Made by a program: the position numbers and the translations under genes. 64,000 nucleotides of DNA from a virus (taxonomy: Duplodnaviria > Caudoviricetes). Of the stretch, positions 50,747 to 57,437 are shown piece after piece. Each line of letters begins with the position of its first letter. Within the stretch, counting starts at the first letter, position 1. The notes below the pieces were generated by a model, which was given only the letters and a program-made list of their open reading frames with translations, had not been told where the DNA came from and did not search any database. Location: the IMG/VR virus record IMGVR_UViG_3300033074_001483, positions 1 to 64,000 of that record, one strand, 5' to 3'.

Positions 50747-51017
50747 TTTGTAGGTACTTGTTGATGAACTCGGCAACCTGTTTTGCATGTTCTGGAGTTA
50801 CGATGATATTGTCTGCCCACGGGTTGCCCGTACGTAGGATATTCCAACACCATCGGATTCGTTCACGCCAACAGAGAGGTCGGGAAGGGGCGTGCTCCCA
50901 AATAGAAAACCAGAATTCGTCAGGACAATCTTTATTTGGCCAAAAAGTGACTTCAATGGCTTCGCCATGACATTCACACTTAACCATTAAGGACTGTTCT
51001 TTTAGTTCTTCAGGCAT
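50724..51017 (-). CDS. Hypothetical protein (CECH motif)
   Basis: Downstream of a TTGACA-17-TAAAGT promoter at about 51028-51056. Confidence 0.65.
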   Translation of the reverse strand: MPEELKEQSLMVKCECHGEAIEVTFWPNKDCPDEFWFSIWEHAPSRPLCWRERIRWCWNILRTGNPWADNIIVTPEHAKQVAEFINKYLQNGKTKEN

Positions 51018-51062
51018 TGTGCGAGAACTTTACCACGGATGTAACCTGTTGTCAAGTCCAAT

Positions 51063-51416
51063 TTACTGAGTCGGAGATGCAAAATTGGTCACGACTGATG
51101 GAGAACTCGCAGGGAGTTGAACAATGGCAGATTGATTAGTGCCGGTGCCAACTACATTGACGGCAAATGCTCGAAACTTGTAAATGAATCCGGGCTGGAG
51201 ATTTCTTACTACAGCAGAGTTAGTTGTGGACGGAACATACGTGATGTAAGTCCAATTCGTCACGGCAGGAATCTTTTGGTATTCAATTCGGTATCCAGTA
51301 ACCAGCTCGTGTGCTGGGTTTGGTGTCCAAGTGAAAGTTGCATTGTAAGATACAACTTGTGCAATGGCGACTGCCAAAGTTCCAACGAGTAGAATGGATG
51401 CGAGTAGTTTCTTCAT
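51063..51416 (-). CDS. Secreted single-FN3-domain protein
   Basis: Signal peptide MKKLLASILLVGTLAVAIA; FN3 pattern W.PNP...GYRIEY...NLQPGFIYKFRAFAVN. Confidence 0.75.
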   Translation of the reverse strand: MKKLLASILLVGTLAVAIAQVVSYNATFTWTPNPAHELVTGYRIEYQKIPAVTNWTYITYVPSTTNSAVVRNLQPGFIYKFRAFAVNVVGTGTNQSAIVQLPASSPSVVTNFASPTQ

Positions 51417-51432
51417 ACCTATAAATAGTTGT

Positions 51433-51780
51433 TTATTGTATCACCAGCCTAAAATCTTTTACCATACTTGGGAGACTTTGAGCATCTGATGGAGTTATTA
51501 CAGCTATCTCATTGCCGAGGTCGCCTTCTAATCCATTATATGCTTTCGCTCTTGAGGAAAGATAAAGTAAAGTATTTGGAGGTAGATTGGAAATTGTTGC
51601 ACTTGTCATATACCCGACATTGATTGAGTTAGTATAGTTTTGACTGGATGGACCATAGTACAAAACAAAACCCGCCGTATCATTAGTACTTCCTTGATAA
51701 GAAATGTTGACTTTCAAATCCGAAGCAAGTACAGCGCATACGGCGGCAATGCAACAAACAATGGCGAGTAGTTTTTTCAT
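51433..51780 (-). CDS. Secreted single-FN3-domain protein
   Basis: Signal peptide MKKLLAIVCCIAAVCAVLA; GFVLYYGPSSQNYTNSINVG...ISNLPPNTLLYL. Confidence 0.7.
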   Translation of the reverse strand: MKKLLAIVCCIAAVCAVLASDLKVNISYQGSTNDTAGFVLYYGPSSQNYTNSINVGYMTSATISNLPPNTLLYLSSRAKAYNGLEGDLGNEIAVITPSDAQSLPSMVKDFRLVIQ

Positions 51781-51785
51781 GAAAT

Positions 51786-51873
51786 TGGCGGATGGTAAGA
51801 GAATCGAACTCTTGCTCGGTTTACCGAGGCCACAGTTTTCGAAACTGGCCCATTACCTCTCTGGCAACCATCC
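51786..51873 (-). tRNA. tRNA-Ser(CGA), canonical 7/5 fold
   Basis: GGATGGT/ACCATCC acceptor, loop TTCGAAA, long variable arm, TTCGATT T-loop, G73, encoded CCA. Confidence 0.9.
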
Positions 51874-51924
51874 AAATTTTGACGGATAAGTGTGTTTTTG
51901 AAAATTTGTTTCATATTTATTTGT

Positions 51925-52638
51925 ATGAAACTTCTTATACCAATAAATACACTTGATAAATATAAAAGTCGTGATCAAATACCATTAGAATGTGAAATCT
52001 GTAAGATTACCTTTTATAGAAACAAAAATGATATTCAATGGGCATTGAAATGTAAAACCAAAAATTGTTTGAAGGTCTGTGGGAAAAAATGTCAACAGAT
52101 AATCAATGATAAACGTCTCACTCTTGAATGTTATCAGTGTGGAACTTCTATCAAACGACAAAGACAATCAATCGCCAAATCAAAATTCCAATTCTGTTCA
52201 AGCAAATGTTCCGCAACATATTGGAATTCTCACAAAACTTGGGGAAGTAATCGTTCCAAACTTGAAATGTGGATTGAACAACAACTCACTACTACATACC
52301 CCAACCTTCCCATTGAATATAACAAAACCGATGCCATCAATGCTGAGTTAGATATTTACATTCCATCTTTAAAACTTGCGTTCGAGCTCAATGGCATATT
52401 CCATTATGAACCCATCTTCGGGATAGACAAACTAAAATCATTCCAAACAAATGATGCTCGAAAATTCCAATCTTGTATGGAAAATGGAATAGGACTTTGT
52501 GTTATTGATACATCTTCAATAAAGTACTTCAAAGAAGAACGAGGAAAGAAATTCCTTTCGATAATCACCCAAATCATAGACAAGAAAGTGGCGGAAGGCA
52601 CAGAGCACGATTCTGATGCACATTTAAGGCACGTATAG
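51925..52638 (+). CDS. Putative homing endonuclease (Zn-finger repeats + Vsr-like nuclease), antisense within the tRNA array
   Basis: CEIC, CGKKC, CYQC, CSSKC; ELDIYIPSLKLAFELNGIFHY. CATATTTAT motif at 51912-51920. 3' end overlaps tRNA-Ser(GGA) on the opposite strand. Confidence 0.75.
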   Translation: MKLLIPINTLDKYKSRDQIPLECEICKITFYRNKNDIQWALKCKTKNCLKVCGKKCQQIINDKRLTLECYQCGTSIKRQRQSIAKSKFQFCSSKCSATYWNSHKTWGSNRSKLEMWIEQQLTTTYPNLPIEYNKTDAINAELDIYIPSLKLAFELNGIFHYEPIFGIDKLKSFQTNDARKFQSCMENGIGLCVIDTSSIKYFKEERGKKFLSIITQIIDKKVAEGTEHDSDAHLRHV

Positions 52639-52677
52639 ATTTCCAATCTATCCCCACACCTAGCAGGTTTACCTTCC
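52589..52677 (-). tRNA. tRNA-Ser(GGA), non-canonical 8/4 fold
   Basis: 8-bp acceptor GGAAGGTA/TGCCTTCC, 5-bp D-stem, anticodon arm ATAGA-TTGGAAA-TCTAT, long V-arm, 4-bp T-stem CAGA/TCTG with loop ATCGTGC, G73, CCA. Confidence 0.85.
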
Positions 52678-52679
52678 AG

Positions 52680-52855
52680 TTCTTGGCATAGTCTTATGGA
52701 AGTTTAATACCTAGACCATTTCGCCGTCATCGCTATCCCTCTTTAGGCTGGGAGACCTGTCATGGTCTTCGGGTGAACTTAACACCTTACTTATTGTCCA
52801 TGATTTCCCCGTGTGTCCACACTACGGGAGTTCATTTTTCGGTATTCCTGCTATG
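52680..52855 (-). ncRNA. Unassigned structured RNA (about 175 nt)
   Basis: Follows a promoter and boxA-like motif; no convincing ORF. Terminal CATAG/CTATG pairing, hairpin CCCGT-A-GTG-TGGA-CAC-ACGGG, TCCC/GGGA and GACCAT/ATGGTC complementarities. Confidence 0.5.
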
Positions 52856-52929
52856 TCAAAGAACTATAAATCTTCGAGCATAAATATAGCAGAAGTTTTC
52901 CAAGGATGCAAGAAAAAAGTTTAAGAAAA

Positions 52930-53253
52930 TTACTGTTTGAGTTCCCAGTGTAAAATATCGTGGCAATTACCACATAGAACTTTACACTTGGCAATTTCCA
53001 AAAGAATTCTCTCCTTACACCAGTTGTGTCGCCTGACAGCTGTGCTGACATCCAAATCTTTTTTGGAAGGATCGAGATGATGAAATTTGATTACTGCGGG
53101 ATGCTTGAAACCACATCCCTCACACTTCAATGTAGATTTGTAATCATCAAACCATTCAATGATTTCACGTTTGCGAGCATCAACACGTTTTCTATGGTGA
53201 ACTTTATTCTGTTCATACCACGACTTGTTTTGTTGTTTAGTGGCCATAGACAT
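52930..53253 (-). CDS. HNH endonuclease
   Basis: CEGCG...FHHLDP...CKVLCGNCHDILH. Confidence 0.9.
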   Translation of the reverse strand: MSMATKQQNKSWYEQNKVHHRKRVDARKREIIEWFDDYKSTLKCEGCGFKHPAVIKFHHLDPSKKDLDVSTAVRRHNWCKERILLEIAKCKVLCGNCHDILHWELKQ

Positions 53254-53288
53254 AAATATGTCTGAACCACAGAAAGAAGTTCAGAAAA

Positions 53289-53362
53289 TGGCTGGGACGG
53301 AAGGAGTTGAACCCTCACTGAACGGGTCAGAACCGTGTGTGCTACCATTACACCACGTCCCA
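53289..53362 (-). tRNA. tRNA-Gln(CTG)
   Basis: TGGGACG/CGTCCCA acceptor, loop TTCTGAC, TTCAACT T-loop, CCA. Confidence 0.9.
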
Positions 53363-53419
53363 GTAAAGCGGGGAAACCATATTTCAGATCGCCCCATCGC
53401 CTTGCGGCGAGAAGTAAAT

Positions 53420-53493
53420 TGGTGGAGCCACGGGGAATCGCACCCCGATCTCAAGTATGCCATACTCGTGTCCTACTGTTGAACGATGGCCCC
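53420..53493 (-). tRNA. tRNA-Ala(GGC), variant elbow
   Basis: G3:U70 identity pair, loop ATGGCAT, D-loop AACAGT and T-loop TGCGATT, CCA. Confidence 0.88.
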
Positions 53494-53747
53494 GACACCA
53501 AGGGGAAGTGCCCCTCGGGTGGATTCGCTACACCATAAGGTGCAGGAGTTCCGACGTTTTTTACAAGATTGTCTCAAACTTGTTCTCGGCAGAGGTCGCT
53601 AACTACAAAACTATGACCGCCTTGCCTTCTTGGAATTCTCCTAGAGCAGTGGACGGAATGACATTTTGTAATTCCCTCAGTCACCGAAAAGTAGCACGGC
53701 GTCTGGTGCGATTGTTGATGAAACATTTCGTACGCCGTTTGTTAAAT
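53494..53747 (-). ncRNA. Unassigned structured RNA between two tRNA-Ala genes
   Basis: String of stems: ACGGCGT/ACGCCGT, GGAATT/AATTCC, GGCA..GGTC/GACC..TGCC, ACAAG/CTTGT, TGCACC-TTAT-GGTGTA, CACC.GAGGGG-CACTT-CCCC.GGTG. No convincing ORF. Confidence 0.5.
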
Positions 53748-53822
53748 TGGTGGAGCTACGGGGAGTCGAACCCCGATCTGCGGCTTGCAAAGCCACCGTA
53801 TTACCGTTATACAGATAGCCCC
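53748..53822 (-). tRNA. tRNA-Ala(TGC)
   Basis: G3:U70, loop TTTGCAA, TTCGACT, CCA. Confidence 0.92.
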
Positions 53823-54149
53823 ATACTAGATGCCAGTTTTATACTCACTACGAGTCCCTTTCGGAGTTATGGTGAGCCCGGAGGCTCAATTATTGGTTGC
53901 AGTGTGCATCTATTTCTAAACACTTAATGTCCGTTTGGGTGTCACCCCACGCTCTTAGCCCGACAATTAGGCGGCTCGGTAGTCCGAAAGTTATGTTGAC
54001 AACATAACACACTCTTTAGCACAAGTGAATTGGAAATTGTTCTTGGGTTACAGGACTTATTGGCCAATGCCTACTCGCTCTCCATCATTCTAACCGGAGA
54101 TCATCCCGGCAGAGTATCAGCATCACGAGCTTGCTGAGAACAATTAAAT
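53823..54149 (-). ncRNA. Unassigned structured RNA (about 325 nt)
   Basis: AATTGTTCT/AGAACAATT closing stem, TCAGCA/TGCTGA, perfect GTTATGTT-GTC-AACATAAC, GAGCC-TCCG-GGCTC, TCC-GAAA-GGGA, TAGATGC/GCATCTA long-range pair. Confidence 0.6.
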
Positions 54150-54239
54150 TGGTAGCGGAAGTAGGAGTTACACCTACCATAGTTAGCAGTGCTAACGCAC
54201 GTTATGAGCGTGCTTGGCGTCTTCCGGCCTGTCCCCGCA
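54150..54239 (-). tRNA. Atypical CAU-anticodon tRNA with a long variable arm
   Basis: TGCGGGG/TTCCGCT acceptor (U1:U72 mismatch), GCACG-CTCATAA-CGTGC, inserted GTTAGC-ACT-GCTAAC hairpin, GTAGG-TGTAACT-CCTAC T-arm, A73, CCA. Confidence 0.75.
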
Positions 54240-54686
54240 ATAAATCTCAAAGAACTTTTGTCTGTACGACTGGCATTGAATACCTGTCCGTATCCGATGG
54301 CATTTTGCACATCTCACCGAACACTTTTCAATCTCCAATCTAATCTTATCCCACGAAAATCCTCTCACAAGCATTGCATACACGGCGTCTTCTTTTTGTG
54401 AAGGGTCTTCGTGATCAAAGTCTAATACTCGTATGTCTGTTTCCCCACAATCTACGCACGGATGTATCATCAAATACTCACACACTTTTTGCTGTGAGTC
54501 TGCCAGTCTGCGTTTCGTTCCTTTGTTTGAACGAGTGATATACTCCCGTCTATTCTGTTTGTAATGCTGTTTTACGTACTTCCCATGACACTCTTTACAT
54601 TCAGAACAACGAAGATTTTTCGCTTTATTTCGGAATGAGAAACACTCATCCTCTTTTGGCTTTTTACAAGTACAACATTCTCTCAT
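54192..54686 (-). CDS. HNH endonuclease with an N-terminal zinc finger
   Basis: CCTC...CSECKEC; CVDCG...LDFDHED...CSVRCAKCHRIR. Stop codon lies 48 nt inside the atypical CAU tRNA. Confidence 0.85.
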   Translation of the reverse strand: MRECCTCKKPKEDECFSFRNKAKNLRCSECKECHGKYVKQHYKQNRREYITRSNKGTKRRLADSQQKVCEYLMIHPCVDCGETDIRVLDFDHEDPSQKEDAVYAMLVRGFSWDKIRLEIEKCSVRCAKCHRIRTGIQCQSYRQKFFEIYCGDRPEDAKHAHNVR

Positions 54687-54739
54687 ACTCATAAATATCA
54701 TCGTGGAGTCAAAAACATCAAAGTATTTTGACTACAAAG

Positions 54740-54811
54740 TGGTTGCGGTCGCTGGAATCGAACCAGTCCCTCACCTTATGAGAGTGAGATGCACCATTAC
54801 AACTCCCCGCA
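54740..54811 (-). tRNA. tRNA-Met/Ile2(CAT), imperfect acceptor stem
   Basis: TCACT-CTCATAA-GGTGA anticodon arm, TTCGATT T-loop, A73, CCA; two mismatches at the base of the acceptor stem. Confidence 0.75.
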
Positions 54812-54813
54812 AT

Positions 54814-54870
54814 TCAAAGAACAATCTTACGTTCTGCCTATAAATATAGCAGGACTTTTGAAAATGTCAA
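54814..54870 (-). promoter_or_regulatory. Composite promoter (TTGACA...TATATTTATA) plus boxA-like GTTCTTTGA
   Basis: TTGACA-16-TATATT overlapping the TATTTATA motif, then TGTTCTTTGAA immediately before the tRNA. Confidence 0.65.
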
Positions 54871-54881
54871 GCCTCCACGAA

Positions 54882-55064
54882 TTATTTTATTCGGTCCTGA
54901 ATATCCTTGGAAGTCAAAGATTTCAATGCTTCCCGGTCCTCTTTTTTGAGGCGATTTACCAAATACCCCGGCTTTTTCGGACCAGTACCCAATGCGGCAT
55001 GAAGAAGCAAACTATCAAAAACTTCTTGTGCTCGGCGTCGTTGTCGTCTAGTCAGTGATGACAT
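54882..55064 (-). CDS. Small basic hypothetical protein
   Basis: MSSLTRRQRRR..., start overlapping the coaD stop. Confidence 0.5.
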   Translation of the reverse strand: MSSLTRRQRRRAQEVFDSLLLHAALGTGPKKPGYLVNRLKKEDREALKSLTSKDIQDRIK

Positions 55065-55503
55065 ATTTTCGGTATTCCTCGGGAGAAATTTTTTCAATTG
55101 CTCTCAATGCGCTGGAACTGATATGTCTCAAATTTGGATTGCAATAAAATGCAACAATCTTGACATAGGGTTCCATACTTCTCAGAAATGCAACGAAATT
55201 TTGTTCGTATTCCAAATCTGCACCGCTGCGGAGTCCACGAACAAGTGTTACATCGTAATCCAAATTCCTTTCAAGACCCCGAATGTAATCGGAAAGTAAT
55301 CCCCCGAATTCATCACTATCCACATCCATATCTTTCAAGAAATTAACAGGAAGAGGGTGAGTAGAAAGTGGTTTTTCTGGATTAACACCACGAGCAACAA
55401 TCACTTTGTCAAAAACTTTAGTTGCCTGTTTGACAACATCTAAATGCCCAACGTGAAAGGGGTTGAACGAACCGGCGTAAACTCCAACTTTTAGTTTGCT
55501 CAT
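55048..55503 (-). CDS. coaD: Phosphopantetheine adenylyltransferase
   Basis: YAGSFNPFHVGH, LVRGLRSGADLEYE and HISSS motifs. Confidence 0.85.
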   Translation of the reverse strand: MSKLKVGVYAGSFNPFHVGHLDVVKQATKVFDKVIVARGVNPEKPLSTHPLPVNFLKDMDVDSDEFGGLLSDYIRGLERNLDYDVTLVRGLRSGADLEYEQNFVAFLRSMEPYVKIVAFYCNPNLRHISSSALRAIEKISPEEYRKYVITD

Positions 55504-56099
55504 ACTTTTACGATTAGTGCTTTATAACTCGGCAAACCCTTGACTCCCATCAATGGTACAATCTTCTCGGGTTTATCTTTGAAAAATTCATCTGTGGCAA
55601 CTTTTGGTCCGGGCCACAAATCCGTTCCGTAATCATCTATCAATACCACTGCACCTTTTTCCAGATGATTGTATATCAATCTTAATGCCGACTCAGTACT
55701 TGTTTTCAAATCACCATCAAGATGTGCGAATGAAATCTTTAACGGAATGTCGGATTCGGTCAACTGTTCAAACCATCCTTTATGGATAATTGGGATAGGA
55801 ACATTATACGATCTGAATGTCAATAGAAAAGACTCTACCGAACTTGACATTTCTCCACCATGACCTTCAGCCCTTGGCAATCCCATAAAGCTATCATAAA
55901 CATGAACGGGACGATTTGTGAGAGCATTTATCATTCTGGCAGTGTAACCCTCATGACATCCAAACTCAACTACATCACCTTCCAAATGCTCGGTTTCCAT
56001 GACATAATGGCAAATGTGTACTATCCGTGAAAAGTCCTGCATTCCAATACAGGACTTCAACATTGTGGCAAGTTTTTGTGATAATGTTTCATCAAACAT
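55500..56099 (-). CDS. TylF/MycF-family SAM-dependent O-methyltransferase
   Basis: LEGDVVEFGC, VYDSFMGLP, KGWFE, FAHLDGDL and GAVVLIDDY motifs. Confidence 0.85.
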   Translation of the reverse strand: MFDETLSQKLATMLKSCIGMQDFSRIVHICHYVMETEHLEGDVVEFGCHEGYTARMINALTNRPVHVYDSFMGLPRAEGHGGEMSSSVESFLLTFRSYNVPIPIIHKGWFEQLTESDIPLKISFAHLDGDLKTSTESALRLIYNHLEKGAVVLIDDYGTDLWPGPKVATDEFFKDKPEKIVPLMGVKGLPSYKALIVKV

Positions 56100-56100
56100 A

Positions 56101-56487
56101 TTACCACCATAGATGTCGGAACCACTCGGCAAATAATTCTATTCCCGCTTCATAGCGTTTCCAGTTTTTGTCTTGTTCTTCGGCAGTAAGTTTTGAATAC
56201 TTTTCGTTTTCATGATTAAGAGACCAATCAAATGCAAAAATCATTTCGTCCAAGTAATCATCCCATTGTTTAGAAGTCAACTGGCCGGGGAATCCCATAT
56301 TGACTTCTTTGAAGCGAATAAGTCGTGGAAGAATAAACTCCGCAATCACCGAATCCAGACCCCAAGTTTCAGCATCCGAAAACCCTTGGGTTTTCAATTG
56401 TCTAAAATGCTTTTTGTATCGTTTGTCGGTTTTCTCAAGGTATAATGGTTCTTTGAGAGACCAACGACTTGTTAGTTTTTTGCTCAT
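56101..56487 (-). CDS. Hypothetical protein
   Basis: 128-aa ORF in the operon, ending in LFAEWFRHLWW. Confidence 0.65.
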   Translation of the reverse strand: MSKKLTSRWSLKEPLYLEKTDKRYKKHFRQLKTQGFSDAETWGLDSVIAEFILPRLIRFKEVNMGFPGQLTSKQWDDYLDEMIFAFDWSLNHENEKYSKLTAEEQDKNWKRYEAGIELFAEWFRHLWW

Positions 56488-56939
56488 AGTGATGCATATA
56501 GACGACGAAATGCTGCTTCTTCATCCCACGTTCCTCCTGTCAGAACCTCGATACATCTTCCATGTGGGAGTTCAAAATCTGGAACATGATACTTTTCTCT
56601 TCCTCGGATTTCTCCTGTGAAAACATGAATTTCAACAACATCATTTCGTGAACCTTTGAATTCTTCTCGAACATCACGATACGGATTAACTGTTGACACA
56701 ATGACATCAATTCCTTGATCTGCTATATGTGCTACAAACCGTTGGAGAGCACGAGTCTGTTCAATACGATATTCTTTGGTGAAATTTTCAGGTTTGTCGT
56801 AAGGAACAGCAAAGATTTTTCGGAGGTTATCACCATCAAGATGGAGAACTGCTGAACCTTTGGCACGCAATTCAGAAGCGAGTCGTTTTGCCAATGTAGT
56901 CTTGCCACAACCGGGTTGTCCTATAAACCAGTAAATCAT
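56484..56939 (-). CDS. cysC: Adenylylsulfate kinase-like P-loop kinase
   Basis: WFIGQPGCGKTTLA, LDGDNLR, VIVSTVNPYRDVRE; shorter than typical CysC. TTGACT-16-TATAAT promoter upstream (about 56946-56973). Confidence 0.7.
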   Translation of the reverse strand: MIYWFIGQPGCGKTTLAKRLASELRAKGSAVLHLDGDNLRKIFAVPYDKPENFTKEYRIEQTRALQRFVAHIADQGIDVIVSTVNPYRDVREEFKGSRNDVVEIHVFTGEIRGREKYHVPDFELPHGRCIEVLTGGTWDEEAAFRRLYASL

Positions 56940-56981
56940 GCCGTTATTATAGCATGGATACTATTGAAGTCAAGTGGAAAG

Positions 56982-57055
56982 TGGTGGAGCTAAAGGGAAT
57001 TGAACCCTTATCTTCGCAGTGCGAGTGCGATGTCCTGCCGTTGAACGACAGCCCC
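56982..57055 (-). tRNA. tRNA-Ala(CGC)
   Basis: G3:U70, TCGCA-CTCGCAC-TGCGA, TTCAATT, CCA. Confidence 0.92.
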
Positions 57056-57437
57056 ATTCGGGCAACTTGTCAGTCACCCACGATGTTACTCGTTATCCAA
57101 ACCTATTTCTACGAGCTGCACGTAGATGCCAGTCTTGACCCTACCTCGGAACCTCGGTCAATCCTATAGCACGTTACTACAACAAAAGCCGCCGTTCCGC
57201 AGCGACGTGTCAGTTTAGAAATTCGGTGCTCATGGTCTGCTTATAGTACTCTGGAGGTCTCGCAGAAGCCCTGACCCAGACACGAGCAAAATATCGTTTG
57301 CAGATCGTATCGTCGAACGATACGCTGTGCAAACGGAAAAATGGTGAGATGGGCAGTGCAAACTGCTTTCTACAGGGGGGACGGCACCACGTCTGTCCCT
57401 TATGGAGTACTCCTTTCGGGACGCCCATCTCATTCTG
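57056..57437 (-). ncRNA. Unassigned structured RNA (about 380 nt) between RNase P RNA and tRNA-Ala(CGC)
   Basis: GAGATGGGC/GCCCATCTC multibranch domain, GTTTGCA..CGTATCG-TTCGA-CGATACG..TGCAAAC hairpin, TGCTC.GTG.TCTG/CAGA.CAT.GAGCA, TTGACC/GGTCAA, CTACG/CGTAG. Confidence 0.6.

Noticed and set aside
57230-57300. tmRNA tag-like reading frame ANDILLVSG...
   Set aside because: The GCAAAC resume-like sequence is the 3' strand of a long hairpin, the peptide does not end in an ALAA-type degron, and no tmRNA tRNA-like ends flank the region.
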